64,000 nucleotides of DNA, taken from positions 12,214,001-12,278,000 of the forward strand of contig OX597831.1 of the NCBI GenBank assembly GCA_951406725.2, written 5' to 3'. The DNA is from Octopus vulgaris. Its lineage: Eukaryota. Below the pieces are notes generated by a model that did no database searches, had not been told where the DNA came from, and saw only the letters and a program-made list of their open reading frames with translations. The position numbers and the translations under genes are program-made. Each line of letters begins with the position of its first letter. The stretch's first letter is position 1. Shown in pieces: positions 1 through 14,152 of this stretch.

Positions 1-281
1 ATTATATTTGTTACATGAATCAGAGTTTTCTGTCACACACTGCTGGATACTCCTCCACACTCACCCCCACCCACACATTCAATAGGCTTTTGCACTGTGA
101 CTGGCGACTGAATTTCACCTTCCAAACTTCAATTTACCTGAAGCTACAGTTGAAGATACTTGCTCAAGGATTTGTGCAGTGGAGTTTAAACCAGGAACCA
201 AATGGTTGCAAAGGAAAATCCTTAACCACATGGCGATGTCTGCATGGAATCACACCACATGGAATATATCCTGTCTCAGAA

Positions 282-642
282 GGCAGCGAGCTGGCAGAAT
301 TGTTAGCACGCCAGGTGAAATGCGTAGCCGTATTTCACCTGCCGTTATGTTCTGAGTTCAAATTCTGCCGAGGTCAACTTTGCCTTTCATCCTTTCGGAG
401 TCGATTAAATAAGTACCAGAACTATCAAAAATGTTAGCACGCCGGGTGAAATACTTAGTGGTACTTCGCCTGCCGTTATGTTCTGAGTTCAAATTCCGCC
501 AAAGTCAACTTTGCCTTTCATCGTTTCAGGGTCGATTAAATAAGTACCAGTTACGCACTGGGGTTGATGTAATCGACTTAATCCCTTTGTCTGTCTTTGT
601 CTGTCCCCTCTGTGTTTAAACCCTTGTGGGCAGTAAAGAAAT
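282..642 (+). mobile_element. Young dimeric tRNA-derived SINE (Nin/Deu-type core) with perfect 18-bp TSD
   Basis: Two tandem head+core units (gagttcaaattc B-box-like; gcctttcatcctttcgg.gtcgattaaataagtaccag core). atatatcctgtctcagaa occurs at 264-281 and 643-660. Confidence 0.85.
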
Positions 643-2508
643 ATATATCCTGTCTCAGAATTAGATATAGCCTTTAATTCTTCCCCTGTACATTGTACAA
701 TGGCACAGAACAATTGAACAGAAATAATCAGATCTGATAGTAATTGAATTGTAGCAATATGTTTACGTCTGCCTGACAACATATTTAAAGCTGAGAGAAA
801 ATAAGTTTAAATTTAGATTAAGAGAAAAACAATGGTACGTTAAAACATTTTGTTACTATAGTAATTAATCATTTATGAAATTCATTTAATCTACGTAAAC
901 AAATGATATAAACAGTTAATTTATGTAGTGTATATATTTTAAAGCTTTGATGAGATTCTCAACTGTACATTTGGAACTATCCAAAACAGAATGGCTGTTC
1001 CTAAAACTGGGCTGTTTGTATAATACATGGTTCAATATTGTGTTTGTGAAATGATGCAATAGGTACCTAGACTAATTATCCAGAATGTACCCATTTATTA
1101 GGTATCATTAAGTACAGGCTGAGTGGTTGTGAAGCTTGCTTCCCAATCATGAGGTCTTGAGTTCAGTTCCACAGCATGACACCTTGAGGAAGTGTCTTCT
1201 ACTACAGCCTTAGGTTGACCAAAGCTTTGTGAAATGGAAACTGAAAAAAGCTTATAATCTATGTATAATGTGTGTGTCTTTATCCTCCTTTGACATCAGG
1301 TGATGATTGTAAATGAGCATCACCTTCATACAAGTGATGTTGTTTGGTGACATAGACACACCACCACTGGTTATCAAGAGATGCCAGGGGACAAACATAT
1401 GTATATACACATATATAAAACGGGCTTCTTTCAGTTTCCATCAACCAAATCTACTCACAAAGTCTTTAGTCAACCTGTTGCTATATTAGAAAACAATTGC
1501 CCAAGGTGTCAAGCAGTGGAACTGAACCTGGAACCACGTAGTTGGCAAGCAAGCTTCTCAACACATAGCCACACCTGTGCCTTCACACACATACATATGC
1601 AAACACACTTAGTATTAAGAGCCTTTTTCTCCTTTTCGTTTTCCCCTGTTCTTTTTATGTCTTGCAAGCTACATGGCAACCTCACTAGTGCTGGTGGTGT
1701 GTAAAAAGCACCCAGTACACACTCTTATGTGGTTGGCTTAAAGGAAAAGCTTCCAACCATAGAAACCATGCTAAAGCTGACACTGCTTGCTGTATTCTGT
1801 CAAACCATCCAAGCCATACCAGCATTGAAAATAGATGTTAACTCATGATGAAGATGACGATGATACTGACAATAAAATAACGAGCTAAGAGAATCAAGCT
1901 AGAGTGGTCAGTGACATAAGTATGAACAACAAAGGAAAGGAAGATAGTGTAAATATACAAAATTAATTCTATATTTATTGAAACTATTTTTACTCTGGGA
2001 GAATGTAAACAAACACCTAGTGGCAATTGCAATGAAAAGGGAAGATAATCGTTTTTTTCTTCCCCTTTCTGGAGACAAAAAGACACATGATTGCATGCAT
2101 ACTATCCTACTCCTTGTTACTATAAAGTCTGCTGTTTTTCATGCTGGCATGGGTTGAATGAGATTTCTTGATGCTTATACAGCAGGATGGTCTTTGTGTT
2201 ACCAATCCTTGCTTGTTTTGTTCTATGGTTTTGCAACATGAAACCATCGTCTGCCAGTTTACACAGGACATGAACGCCACACAGCAGCTGAAGCACTCTC
2301 AGTATGGAGACACAGGGAAACCAACACATACACACACACCAGATATATTCATACACACACACATATCAGATATATGCATACACAACAGTATACATTCACA
2401 CATATGTATGTATATATATATATATATGAATCAGATATATGCATACACAAGTACATACATTTACAAACACACGCAAACATATGCATACGTATACATACAC
2501 ACCTGATT

Positions 2509-2549
<41 letters not shown>

Positions 2550-3817
2550 ATTTATATGAAGTATACTCTAATTCTATAAATAATGATCACTTCTGTTTTG
2601 AAAGATTTAGAGGAATCCTGCCAATATGTATGATATGCCTCTCTCCTGAAGAAATTGGAATTCTCTCAAGAAATACATGAAAGCTTGTCTAAAATAATGA
2701 TCAATGATTTTATAATAATCATCCCATCCACTGACAGAGCCTAGGGCTTTATACCTTGGCACTAAACTTTAGTATATATTTGCTTTTTTGCAAACTGCAA
2801 CACGGGAATATTTTCTTTCCAGCTAAAAAAGATCCTGCTATTATATATTGACTTATATTTCAGCTCTCTTTTTGTTTTTTTGTTTTTCAGTTTGGTATTA
2901 TAATTTGTATAATTAAACACAGGAATAAGCTTTCATCGTTTGAATCAAATTTTCATCATTTGTACTCCAAGCTTTGCTCATTCGAAAACAGTAAAGAAAT
3001 ACAATGAGACAGTATACGTTACAGACACAGATCACTGCACCAGTGAGTGAGCCTCTATGCGGTTACTAGATGTGCTAGTAACAATAACCAAATCTAAACA
3101 AAGGAAGGACGATACATTATGATGAAGAAAAATAAAGTCATCGGGTCAGAGTTGGAATGGATTTTGATTACAGGTGAAGTGATTTAAAGCTGAACTGGGA
3201 GCTAAACAATAATAGAGAGCAAAGGTCACCAGAAGAATAGCCACCTCAGTTTGTTGTCTTAACAATCACAATATTGATTTGTGTGTTTCCTGCCTTTTCA
3301 AGTGTTATTTGTTATTGATAGGAATCAATAGATTTTTGACAGAAGAGTATAGGAAATTAGCTCAATATTGCACTTGTTGTTGTTATCTACGGTGTCTCTT
3401 GCAAGCTGAATTTTCAATAGAGATCCAATAGACAGAAGCCTCACCAGCTTGATAATAGATTGTTCCAGAATAGACGGAGGCATGACTGAGTGGTTAAGAA
3501 GTCCACTTCCCAGCTGTAGAGTTTCAAGTTCAAACCCACTGCATGATGTCCTGGGTGAAAGTCTCCATCCATACTACAGCTTTAAGTACGATAAAAATAT
3601 TTTGAGTGGATTTGGTTGATGGAAACTGAAAGAAGCCCCTTGCATATGTGTGTGTGTGTGTGTGTGTATGTGTCTGTGTGTGTATGTGTCTGTATGTATA
3701 TATATATATATGTATACTAGCAGTAGTACATGGCATTGCACGGGTCTTAATAAATTACCATTCAACTGTGGAAAGATGAGGCCTTACACTTGATAAGATG
3801 TTTTGATCCCTACCTCA

Positions 3818-4245
3818 GCTACAGTGTTTGCACCCAGCTTCACCTGAAAGCACTTGTACATGGAAACCAAGCATTCGTTTACCGAGTTTGATAAATTGGC
3901 TCAATGGTTCCGGTGCTATGGGTTGCATTAAAGGCATTTTTTGAATCGGTTTTTCCCCATGCTGTGCTCAAACAAAATGGAATTTAAAAGAAATAATAAC
4001 GATATGAAAAACCTTGGGTAAGAATGCATAGGTATTTTAAGTTTGATCAAAATCAGATGACTTATCGAAAAAATCAATAATTATCGATCGAGTTTTTGCA
4101 AAAACCAAACATTGATGGAAGCAGTTGTTATAACTAAAACAAGCCTTGGAACATACCAAATGCTTGTCTGAAATTTCAGTCGAATCGGTTAGGTGGAACG
4201 CACACACACACGGACAGTTTCTCTTTGATATATATAGATATATAT
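3818..4245 (-). mobile_element. Helitron-like non-autonomous element
   Basis: Minus strand begins tatatatcaaagagaaactgtccgtgtgtg and ends in a degenerate hairpin caggtgaagctggg...tgtag. Confidence 0.5.
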
Positions 4246-4508
4246 GAGAGAGAGAGAGAAATCTGTGGCAGGTAGTGGAGGAATGTGGGCAAGGAAAGAA
4301 TTCTATAAGGGTACAGTTTTGGAGGTGTGCATACTCTGGCTAACTTTTTATTCAGAGAGAACCAACAGAGGTGATGCCAGAGTAGTACAGGGACCACTTT
4401 TTGGGGGTTTATGAAAAACAACTGGTTTTAAAGTGTTCATATTTAAACAAAATCCATCATAGCTTAATGACAGGTAAATCAAGATTCAAACACCAATTTA
4501 ATATACAA

Positions 4509-4845
4509 ATCATCATCATCATCATTATCATCGTTTAGCGTCCGCTTTCCATGCTAGCATGGGTTGGACGGTTCAACTGGGGTCTGGGAAGCCAGAAGGC
4601 TGCACCAGGTCCAGTCTGATCTGGCAATGTTTCTACGGCTGGATGCCCTTCCTAATGCCAACCACTCCGTGAGTGTAGTGGATGCTGGCAAATGGCCATG
4701 ATTGGATGGTGCTTTTTACGTGCCACCAGCACGGAGGCCAGGCGAGGCTGGCAACGGACATGATTGGATGGTGCTTTTTACGTGCCGCCAGCACGGAGGC
4801 CAGGCGAGGCTGGCAACGGACATGATTGGATGGTGCTTTTTACGT
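4509..4845 (-). mobile_element. RTE-type 3' UTR fragment with ~62-bp tandem unit (about 2.6 copies)
   Basis: (CAT)n tail on the left, then repeated ttggatggtgctttttacgt. Confidence 0.8.
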
Positions 4846-5142
4846 CTTTTAAATAAGTACAAAAATGTCTATGAATATACTAAATTCTCTCAAATTCTTG
4901 ATTATTTCTAAATTTAACTGAAACGTAAACAGAATATTTAGTTAAAAGTATGATCAGAAGAATGGTTAATTTACCTGTACTGTTTATGCTTTTGTGTTCA
5001 CTGAACTACACACCATACTGAATCACATAGAACATTAAACTACATATAACATATTTTCAATCAGTGATAATTTAACAAAACCTTGCTGTTTGTTTTACTT
5101 GAAATATAAATAAAGATATAAATGAAATATAAAGGAAATATG

Positions 5143-5746
5143 GATCTTTGTGGTTTTCTTCACTGTTTACAATTATCTTTAAAACAATATTTTAATGTAT
5201 CATATAGATGTAATTTTTGATGCTGAATCTGGATTTGTTATTCATTTATTCCAGAAAAAGTTTCCAAAAATGTTACTGGTGTCAAATTTTGATAATTTTC
5301 AGAATTTTTAGCCAATCAGAAAACATGTTTGCTGCCTCTTCCATCATTAGGGGAGAAGTGGAGGCATCAGCATGTCAAAACATTAAACTAGGAGTTTATG
5401 AAATAAATTATCTTTCTCGTATCTTCTTCTCCTCCTTGTGCGCATGTGCAACATCTTTGGTTACTATGGAAACAGTTTTTCACAATCAACCATTTCTTTG
5501 CTTTGGTTACTATGGGAATAGAAATTTTGGCCACGGTGATATGTAAAATACTCACTTCTGATTGGTTAAAATACCCAAAATTTGCAAATTTTAAAAGCTA
5601 ATAACTTTTTAATTATGGATTTATAGGGAAAATGAATTTCATTTTCATAATTAGCATAGAAAACTTAATCCATTTATGAAATTTGAAAACAATTGGAACA
5701 AAATTGTGAACAGCAGCGAAAACCACAAAAATCTCGAAATACTTAA
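5143..5746. mobile_element. MITE with ~30-bp terminal and internal inverted repeats (possibly Kolobok-type)
   Basis: gatctttgtggttttcttcactgtttacaatt pairs with aattgtgaacagcagcgaaaaccacaaaaatc. Internal ttttagccaatcagaa / ttctgattggttaaaa. TTAA at the right end. Confidence 0.75.
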
Positions 5747-5763
5747 TGAAATATTATACTTAC

Positions 5764-5938
5764 ACCTCCCCAATTCAGAGTTCTTGCAAGGTCATTCCCA
5801 GTACCTAGTGGTAGAATGGCAACAGGAGGTGAAGGCTGGATAGCTAATTCATCAAGAATAGATAGAATCCAACCAACTGTACCATCACCACCACACGCAA
5901 GCACCCGAAGATTAGGCACTTTTTTGTATAATTCAAGG
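5764..5938 (-). CDS. DGKZ: Diacylglycerol kinase type IV, internal exon: catalytic domain with ATP-binding motif
   Basis: 175-nt exon with ctatctttacag| acceptor and |gtaagt donor, phase 2 in (matches previous exon) and phase 0 out. Translates [58 protein letters not shown] (GGDGT and [10 protein letters not shown] motifs). The next expected exon (GYTDEP...) was not found, so it probably lies left of position 1. Confidence 0.98.
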
Positions 5939-6556
5939 CTGTAAAGATAGAAATAGGAAGTGAGGGAAATAAGACTGAAGATTAAAGATAATGAAATGGA
6001 AAATCTTTTAACAAATTTAAAGGGAAGTCATGTTGAATGTGTGAGAGAAGACATTTGCTTTTAATCAGTGGAATTACTGGTACCAAAAATGATCATTACA
6101 TAAGAGTGGAAGTTGAAATAATCCCATACTTCAACAGAAGGAAGATTTATTTTTATGAAATAAATGAGCTGGTAGCTGAGGTGGAAATTGTTAAGACACT
6201 CTTCTGGAGCAAACATTGGAAAGATATGCAGTGACACACACACACACACATTTCTCTCTCTCTCTCTCTCTCTCTAATATATATATATGTCCAAAATTAG
6301 GGAATGGTGTAGATAAAATCCAGGCTACATATGTTTCATAGCTAAAAGATGCTCAGAAGTAGGAATTAACCAAACATGGGATGATCCGCTAGCAACTTGT
6401 TGGGCCAAAAATACCTTAATCAAAAGAAGTTTACACTGTCATCAAGGGATACCATGTTGACTCACAGGAGATTCAGTTGAAAATGCATGGTAAGCAGAGA
6501 AACTGACAAGGAAAGCATAATAGCGAAGAAGCAATATATGGGGGAGTAACGTATGG

Positions 6557-6618
<62 letters not shown>

Positions 6619-7607
6619 TAAATAGATATATGGATAATTTTTTCAATGTCCCCTTTTCTATGCTTGCTAAGTTCAGGGCTAAAGTTGTTGCAGTAATGAT
6701 GATGGCCCCATGGCAAACACTAAAAAGACTGGCTGAAACTAGTAAAAGAGTGTTTCCGATATTGAAAATTTTCAGTTGGAATGGCAGTGGAAGAAAATTT
6801 AACTCTAAAATCACAGAATTCATTTTGAAATCTTTTGGTGATATAAGTGAAAAGTTTTACAACAGAAGATAAATTTAAGGAAACATTGTGAGAGTTAAGA
6901 TGTTACATATAACCAAAGTACAATTCAGAACCATTGCAAACATTTCAAGCCAATGAGGAAGCCTCCACATGGTTGCCTGACATTCTAGAAATGGCAGCGA
7001 AACATCCAAACTTTCCTCTGATCACATCCTACTGCTTTGTATTTAAAGAAAAAAACTCATTGGATAATTATTTGTAATTTAAGCATAAGGCCAGAAGTTT
7101 ATTGGGAAGTGTTTAGTTGATTAAACTAACCCCAGTATTAGACTGGTATTTCATATTATTGACCCCAAAGCGATGAAATGTTGATCTGGGTGGGATTTGA
7201 ATTTGCATTGTGGAGTGTCAGGGACAAATACTGCAAGACATTTTTCTGCTGCTCTAATGATCCTACCACATCGCCACCTTAAAGAATACGTTAGAAAATG
7301 CAGTCCGCAATATCTTAATAATGGCATGATAGTAAAAGCTGGAATACCTTTGAACACGGGTCTGGATGATCAGAGCTAAATTGGGCTTAAGCAACAAGAA
7401 AAACTATAATCAGAGCAGATGTGGCAGTGTAGTTAGAAGTTTGCTTCCCCAATCACATGGTCCTGCATTCAGTCCCATGCGTGGCACCTTGGACAAGCAT
7501 GTTCTATTACAGTCTCAGGCCAACCAAACATGTTTGGTAGATAGAGGATTGTCATGTGTATACACACAAGCAGACACACATACACATGTGCATGCACACA
7601 CATCTTC

Positions 7608-8100
7608 ATCATTTAATTTCCACTTTCGATGCTGGCTTGGGTTGGACGGTTTGGCTGAAAACTGGTAAGCCAGGGGACTGCACCAGATTCCAGTTTGATC
7701 TGGCAAGGTTTCCACAGCCGGCTGCCCTTCCTAACACCAACCACTCTGAGAGTGTAGTGGGTGCTTTTTGCGTGTCACCAGCACAGGTACCATTGACCTG
7801 ACACTGGCCACAACTACAGTTTCACTTGGCTTGACAGGTCTACATAAGCACAGTATGTTGCCAAAGGTCTTGGTCACCTGCCACTGCATCCACGAGGCCC
7901 AACACTTGAATGGTGCTTTTTATGTGCTACCAGCATAGGTGCCAGTCAGACGGCAATGGCATCGGCCACAACTACAATTTCACAAGAACAGCATATCACC
8001 TAACGATTTCAACAGGCCAGTTACACGACACTGGCATTGAAGATGACTACGATCTCACTTGGCTTGATGTTACTGTCTCCATGAGACCCGTCAGAATGAG
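7608..8100 (-). mobile_element. RTE-type 3' UTR fragment
   Basis: Same tail family. Related pieces at ~1665-1850, 8130-8350, 22008-22200, 51766-51990 and 52998-53305. Confidence 0.65.
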
Positions 8101-10311
8101 TGCCAGTCATATATATAAGGGCATCAGGCTGTATAAAATATTACCAAAACTAACCTTACCTGTGTTAGTGCTACCTTAAAACCACAGTCCACTCCACAGA
8201 GTGGTTGGCATTAGGAAGGGCATCCAACTGTAAAAACCCTGCCGAAACAGACACAGTAGCGTAAGGTAATTTTCTATCTAGCCAGCTCCTATCAACCATC
8301 CTATCTATGCAGGTAGGGAAGGAGCAGATGTTAAATGATGATAAAGAAGATGATGTGTAAGTGTAGGTGTATATGTATGCATGTGTGCGGGAGTGTGTTT
8401 GTTACAGTTTCCCTGCCTTGGCATTACAGAACAGTTGTAAATAATTGTCACTGTCATACAAGCTGTTTCCAAAATTCTCTGAGAATATGCCTGATCCTCG
8501 GGGAAAATATTACTTTGCTTGGATAACAGGTGAGGGTTGGTGACGGGAAGAGCAACTGGCTATAGAAAGATCTGCCTCAATAAACTTCATCCAGTCCATG
8601 CAAGAAAGGAAAAGTGGATGTTAAGACAATGATGATGATGATGATGGTGATTCAGAAAAGGATGGTTTGAAACAGAAGTAAACAATTGGAACATATTTCT
8701 TAAAAAGAAATCTCCACATCTGATTGCAAGTAACATTTCCTCCACCATTATTCAAAATACTAATGCAGACTAATTAGAAAAAGAAAAGAAAAATCCAAGA
8801 AATCAGTCCAATCTCAATTCAATCTGGTTTTCTTACAATCTGAAGACTTAACGATGATTAAATTAATTGCTTTATATTCCCATTATGAAGCAAGCTGAAT
8901 AATTTATCAGTTTGCCCAGGACTAATCAACAAAAAAAAAAAAAACCCTAAAATAATTAAGAATAATGTTACAAATTAGCAATGATGAAAGAATAAAATTG
9001 AGTCAATTGACCAACAGAAAAGTGTAAAAATAACTTAGGTAGTTTTTTTTTATGTAAGGGTAATTATTTAGTTGTGTTAAGGTATAATGAGTTTTGATCT
9101 TATCAGTTGAAAAGTGTTAAGTAGCAGCTAACGAGCAGTTATTCTTTTATTTGATTAAAGATATCAGCCATTAGACTGTGGCCAAGCTGGGATACTATCT
9201 TCAGAGGTTTTTAAGTCAATCACACTGACCTCTGACCTCTCTCTTTATTTCAATTTAGGAGTTAATTAATTAATCTATACTTTTACTGGTTGCTTTATTC
9301 ACTGTTTGACTCAATATCTGTATTGTTTTGACTGGTGGTGATTTCAATAGTTAAACACAGACACCATACACACCTATGCAATTTGTATAGATATATCCAG
9401 TAGCCTATTTTTACTCTGGGGTCCCTCTGAACAGTCCAATAACAGTTGGCTCCTTACACATGAATAGACTAATATGTGTGTGTGTGTGTGTTCGTGTGTG
9501 TATAATTACACACATATATACATACACACGCATACACATAGATATACACACCTAAATATATACATAAATACACACACACATATAGATATACATCAAGCAA
9601 TATATTATAGATGATGGCATATAACTGGACAAAATGTTACTGTGAAGGGCAAAACAAATGGTAACCATTTGGCCAATAATTTCTTGCTTGAAGATTTAAA
9701 AATAAATTGAGTTTATTATTTATATACAGGGTTCTTTTTTTCTTTTTTTTGACTGATGGTCAACTTATATACATGCGCAGAGCATACATCTATATACATT
9801 CCGTCCACAATGTATTGGCTATCTCAAGGTTACAGAGGACACCTGACCAATGTATTGTGCAGTGGGATTCAAACAGATAGCACAAGGGTTGCAAAACAAT
9901 ATGTTTAAAATTTTCATAATTTGTCAGTGTTAATAACAACAACAGTGTCTACCATCAAGACAATTAGCATTACCAGTCAATGTCCTTTGTCAGCTAATTA
10001 GTCTGAACAATTAGTTCCATCATGTTTTACACAACGAAGAAAATAAAAACAATTTGATTTGCCATTCAGGTAGATTAACTCATTGATATCGTAAGTGCAA
10101 CACCCTAACCACCAGGTGATGCCCCTTCGCAAGACAGGTGGAATTAAAAGTCCCTTACTTGCAAAACATGTAGGGGTTAGCAATTAGGAAGGCATCTGAC
10201 AGTAAAATAATGTCTCTATAATAAGTTTTTATCCCACCTATACCAGCAAAGAAAAAACAAACAAACATAAACCGTGTATTTCAATAAAGAGACCATTGTG
10301 AAAGTGGTAAG

Positions 10312-10876
10312 CCTTTTAATACATATCCACCTAAGACTGTACCAGGTTCTCTGACACAAACTTCTTGTTTTAAAGTGATTTGAATTAAAACCTTCCATTA
10401 AAATTTTGTATTAATTTGTTTAAAATATCAGCTTAACAATGACAAAAGTTGTTTTACTAAATCCTTCCTTATTTTCAAAATTAATTGAAACAAAAGGGTT
10501 AAATTTAGTTTTAAGAACTCACATACCTATTTCATAATATCTTTGAATCTTGGGATAACATATTCATAGGTTGTTAATCATAAAATAAAATGTAAACCAA
10601 AAACCAAAGTTGGTAGGATTTAACCTTTCCGTGACTCAATTTCCAATGAATGGCCTGCTTATGTGTTTCAATTAATTTTCAACAAAATCAATACTGTAGC
10701 AGATTTTAGTAAAACATCTTTAAGTTTATTTATTGGTATATTATGCTGATGTTGACCAAACAAAATCTCATGATAGTATTCATGTTATAATGAGATTCTG
10801 ATTGAGATTTTTTAATTTAAATATCAACACTTTAGTATGGACAGTCTCAGGTGGGTTGGTATTAAGAGAGATTAAA
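10312..10876. mobile_element. Two TTAA-flanked MITEs (piggyBac-type ends TTAA|CCCTTT...AAAGGG|TTAA)
   Basis: The same ~210-bp family recurs at ~13287, 24296, 29767, 29960, 32560 and 54405. A second TTAA family lies at ~24450-24630 and ~33466-33686. Confidence 0.6.
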
Positions 10877-12255
10877 CCAATAATCCAGACATGAAACTTA
10901 AAACTCTGTAGTGTTTACTCTGTTGTTCTATTGATGCCAACTTTGCAAAACTAAAAATAAATCAAATATTATAGTCGTTTACATCATAGCAGTTGCAACT
11001 TTGATCAATTATTTGTTCTTTAATAATCTATAATGAAACAATTATCGTCATAAACCAGTCATCTTATATATAACTTTATGTTAACATCTAGAAAAACAGA
11101 GTTTGTAACTTTTCTAAAAGACAAATTTGCTGAGAATTTATAACACTTAAGATTTTATAAAATTGCAATTATGATTCAGAACCGAGGCCCCATTGCAATT
11201 AACAAACGATTTTCATGATTTGTTTAAAAAATGAAAAAGGAATGCTAAAGACAAGTGGGAAATCGCAGATTTTTAACAGTCATTTAAAACCACTTAAGTA
11301 CTTTTACAATATTCGTTACTAGATTTACAATTTATTTCCAACTGTTTTAACAAACTCATTCAGCATCACACTGAAATGTTTACATCATTCACTTTCCTCC
11401 AGTGATGTTACTTTGAACGAGGATTCTGTTATGCTTTACCACAAACACACACATTACTATAAGCACAACACATTTGAAAATACAGACCATCAATGGTAAG
11501 AAAGTCTCAAGAGAACTAAACAGCAGAAGGGCTTTAGAGAAAAAAAACCCACTCATGCAACTGTTTCGGCCCTTAACTTCTTACATTCTAAAAGGGCCAG
11601 GTATCCTTCTACTGACACCTTTTAGCCACTTGGATATTGGAGACTTGAGCATTTAAGCCACTTGGAGATCTCATTGAGTTGTAACTCTACTCAGTTGATT
11701 CAGCTTTCAAACTTATACTGAGAGAAAAAATAAGGTTGGTTGTCATGGCAGCAGTGGAACATCAACACTATCACACAGATTCACACCAGAGTTACTTCCA
11801 TTAGTGTTAAGGAAACTGTAGTAACAAACCTGACTCCTATAGGTGTAGGTGTGTTAACTTAGGCAAATGTCTTCTACTATAGCTCTGGGTCGACCAAAGC
11901 CTTGTGAGTGGATTTGGTAGATGGAAACCAAAAGAAACCCATCATCTGTGTGTGTGTGTGCGCGCACGTGCATTATTATGTTGATAATTTACTTGCTGCC
12001 ACGTACGCAAAGTGGTGCTCATGTTGACATCCCTTGATGATATTGCAACTGGTTGCTTTGCATCATCAAAGGGCTGTAGAAAATAAAAATACCTTACCTG
12101 AAAAACAGGCGAGGATTGGCGACAGCAAGAGCCTCCAGTCATGAAATCAAACCTCAAATAACTCCTCCCTTAAAATGAACAATGAAGAAGTATTCTTCAA
12201 TCTGTTTTAGCTATTATGGCTAAGATCATGCTGGAGCACCATCTTTATATAATCA

Positions 12256-12627
12256 TGGCACTCCATTGGTTGTGACAACGAGGGTTCCAGTTGATTTGAT
12301 CAATGGAACAGCCTGCTCATGAAATTAAAGTGCAAGTGGCTGAGCACTCCACAGACATGTGTACCCTTAATGGAGTTCTCGAGGAGATTCAGCAAGACAC
12401 AGAGTGTGACAAGACTGGCCCCTTTGAAATACAGGTACAACAGAAAGAGTGAGAAAAAGTTGTGGTGAAAGTGTACAGTAGGATTTGCCATCACCCTCTA
12501 CCAGAACCTTGTGGAGCTTTAGGCATTTGTGCTCAATAAACACTCACAATTCCAAGTCTAGGAATTGAAACTGCGATCCTATGACCACAAGTCCGCTGTC
12601 CTAACCACTGGGCCATTGCGCCTCCGC
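12256..12627 (-). mobile_element. tRNA-derived SINE of a third family
   Basis: Head gcggaggcgcaatggcccagtggttagg...gtttcaattcc. A homologous 3' fragment lies at ~19360-19476 (ccagttgat..gatca.tggaaca.cct...caagtggctgagcact.cacagacatgtgtacccttaa). Confidence 0.75.
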
Positions 12628-13467
12628 ACCTTTATAAAATAGACTGGGATAGAAGTGAAAACAAATGCAAATTGAGATGATGAAGACTGTTGGGAAGTAT
12701 CTTTGTAATTAGTAATTAATTTCTCCCAGTGACCTTTGATCACAAGTCAAGAACATATGCTTCATTGTTCGGCCGTTGTATTCCATTACGGGTGTTAGAG
12801 ATTATGAGATACACTAATCCAAGGACTGTAGATCTTGTCATATACTTTGCAGTGATCAATACTTTACACAGTAGCATTCTATCATCCACTCACTGAGTGT
12901 CATTCTGTCAATAAAACTGTAGGTCAACTGCTGGCTATAATATGCTTTAACTTTATTTCCATATGGAAGGATATATCAGCAAGCAACTCCCATCACTTGT
13001 CTCTTCATCAGCCATAAACATGCAATAATTTTCTCTCTCTTTTTATCTGATCTTTCTCGGAAAAAAAAATCAGTTCTCTCCACAGTTGCTGTTACTGTCG
13101 CTTCTGACTGAATAGACTTATGATTGAAAGTTTTACAGTTCTGATCAGGTTGAGTTTTAGGGTTCTCTGGGAGGACTATAAAATATTTATGGTCTTCTAT
13201 AAAAAGGTAAGATGTAATTTGAAGGAGATTTGGTTGTTATTCGCAACAGATAGAATTACCAGACATAGCAAAGGTGGTGAAGCCTTTTAATCCCTTTTGA
13301 TACCAATCCACCTGAAACTGACCCCTTTGGCTATGATACAAACTTCCTGTTTTAAAGTAATCTAAATTAAAACTTTCAAAACTTCGGGGTAATTGATGTT
13401 CTAAACAACAACTTGATAATGACAAAGTTACTTTACTAAATTGCTAATTATTTTCAAAATGAATTAA

Positions 13468-14152
13468 GATGGCAAACTGACAGAACTCTTAGTTTGCCAG
13501 AAAAAATGCTCAGCGGCATTTCATATGTCTTTAGGTTCTGAGCTAAAATTGCACAGAGGTTGATTTTTACCTTTCAGCCTTTCAGAGACAGTAAAAAAAG
13601 ATAACAGTCAAGTACTGGGGTTGATATAATTGAAGGAGACGAACTGTCAAAAACGTTAGCACACCGGGTGAAATACTTAGTGGTACTTCGCCTGCCGCTA
13701 TGTTCTGGGTTCAAATTCCGCCAAGGTCAACTTTGCCTTTCATCTTTTCAGGGTCGATTAAATAAGTACCAGTTATGCACTGAGGTCGATGTAATCGACT
13801 TAATCTCTTTGTCTGTCCTTGTTTGTCCCCTCTATGTTTAGCTCTCTGTGGGCAATAAAGACATAATAATTGACTCTCCCTCTCCTCAAAACCTACTGGC
13901 CCTCTTCCAAAATCTGAAGCCATTATTTTCAAAATCAATTAAGGTGGCAAGTTGGCAGAATTGTTAGTACACTGAGTAAAATGCTCGGTGGCATTTCACC
14001 TGTCTTTACGTTCTGAATTCAAATTCCGTCAAGGTTGACTTTGCCTTTCATTTGTTCAGGGTTGATAAATTAAGTACCAGAGGAGTACTAGGGTTAATGT
14101 AATCAACCACTTCCGCAAAATTTCAGGTCTTGTGTCTGTGGCAGAAAGGATT
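13468..14152 (+). mobile_element. Three nested/tandem Nin-core SINEs interrupting a TTAA MITE
   Basis: Three copies of head+core. The inner copy is flanked by ataattga (13626-13633, 13866-13873). MITE halves lie at ~13287-13465 and ~14152-14213. Confidence 0.75.

Noticed and set aside
6640-6733. MPWGH peptide resembling the DGK accessory-domain motif
   Set aside because: Wrong position (upstream of the GGDGT exon), and the flanking residues do not match.
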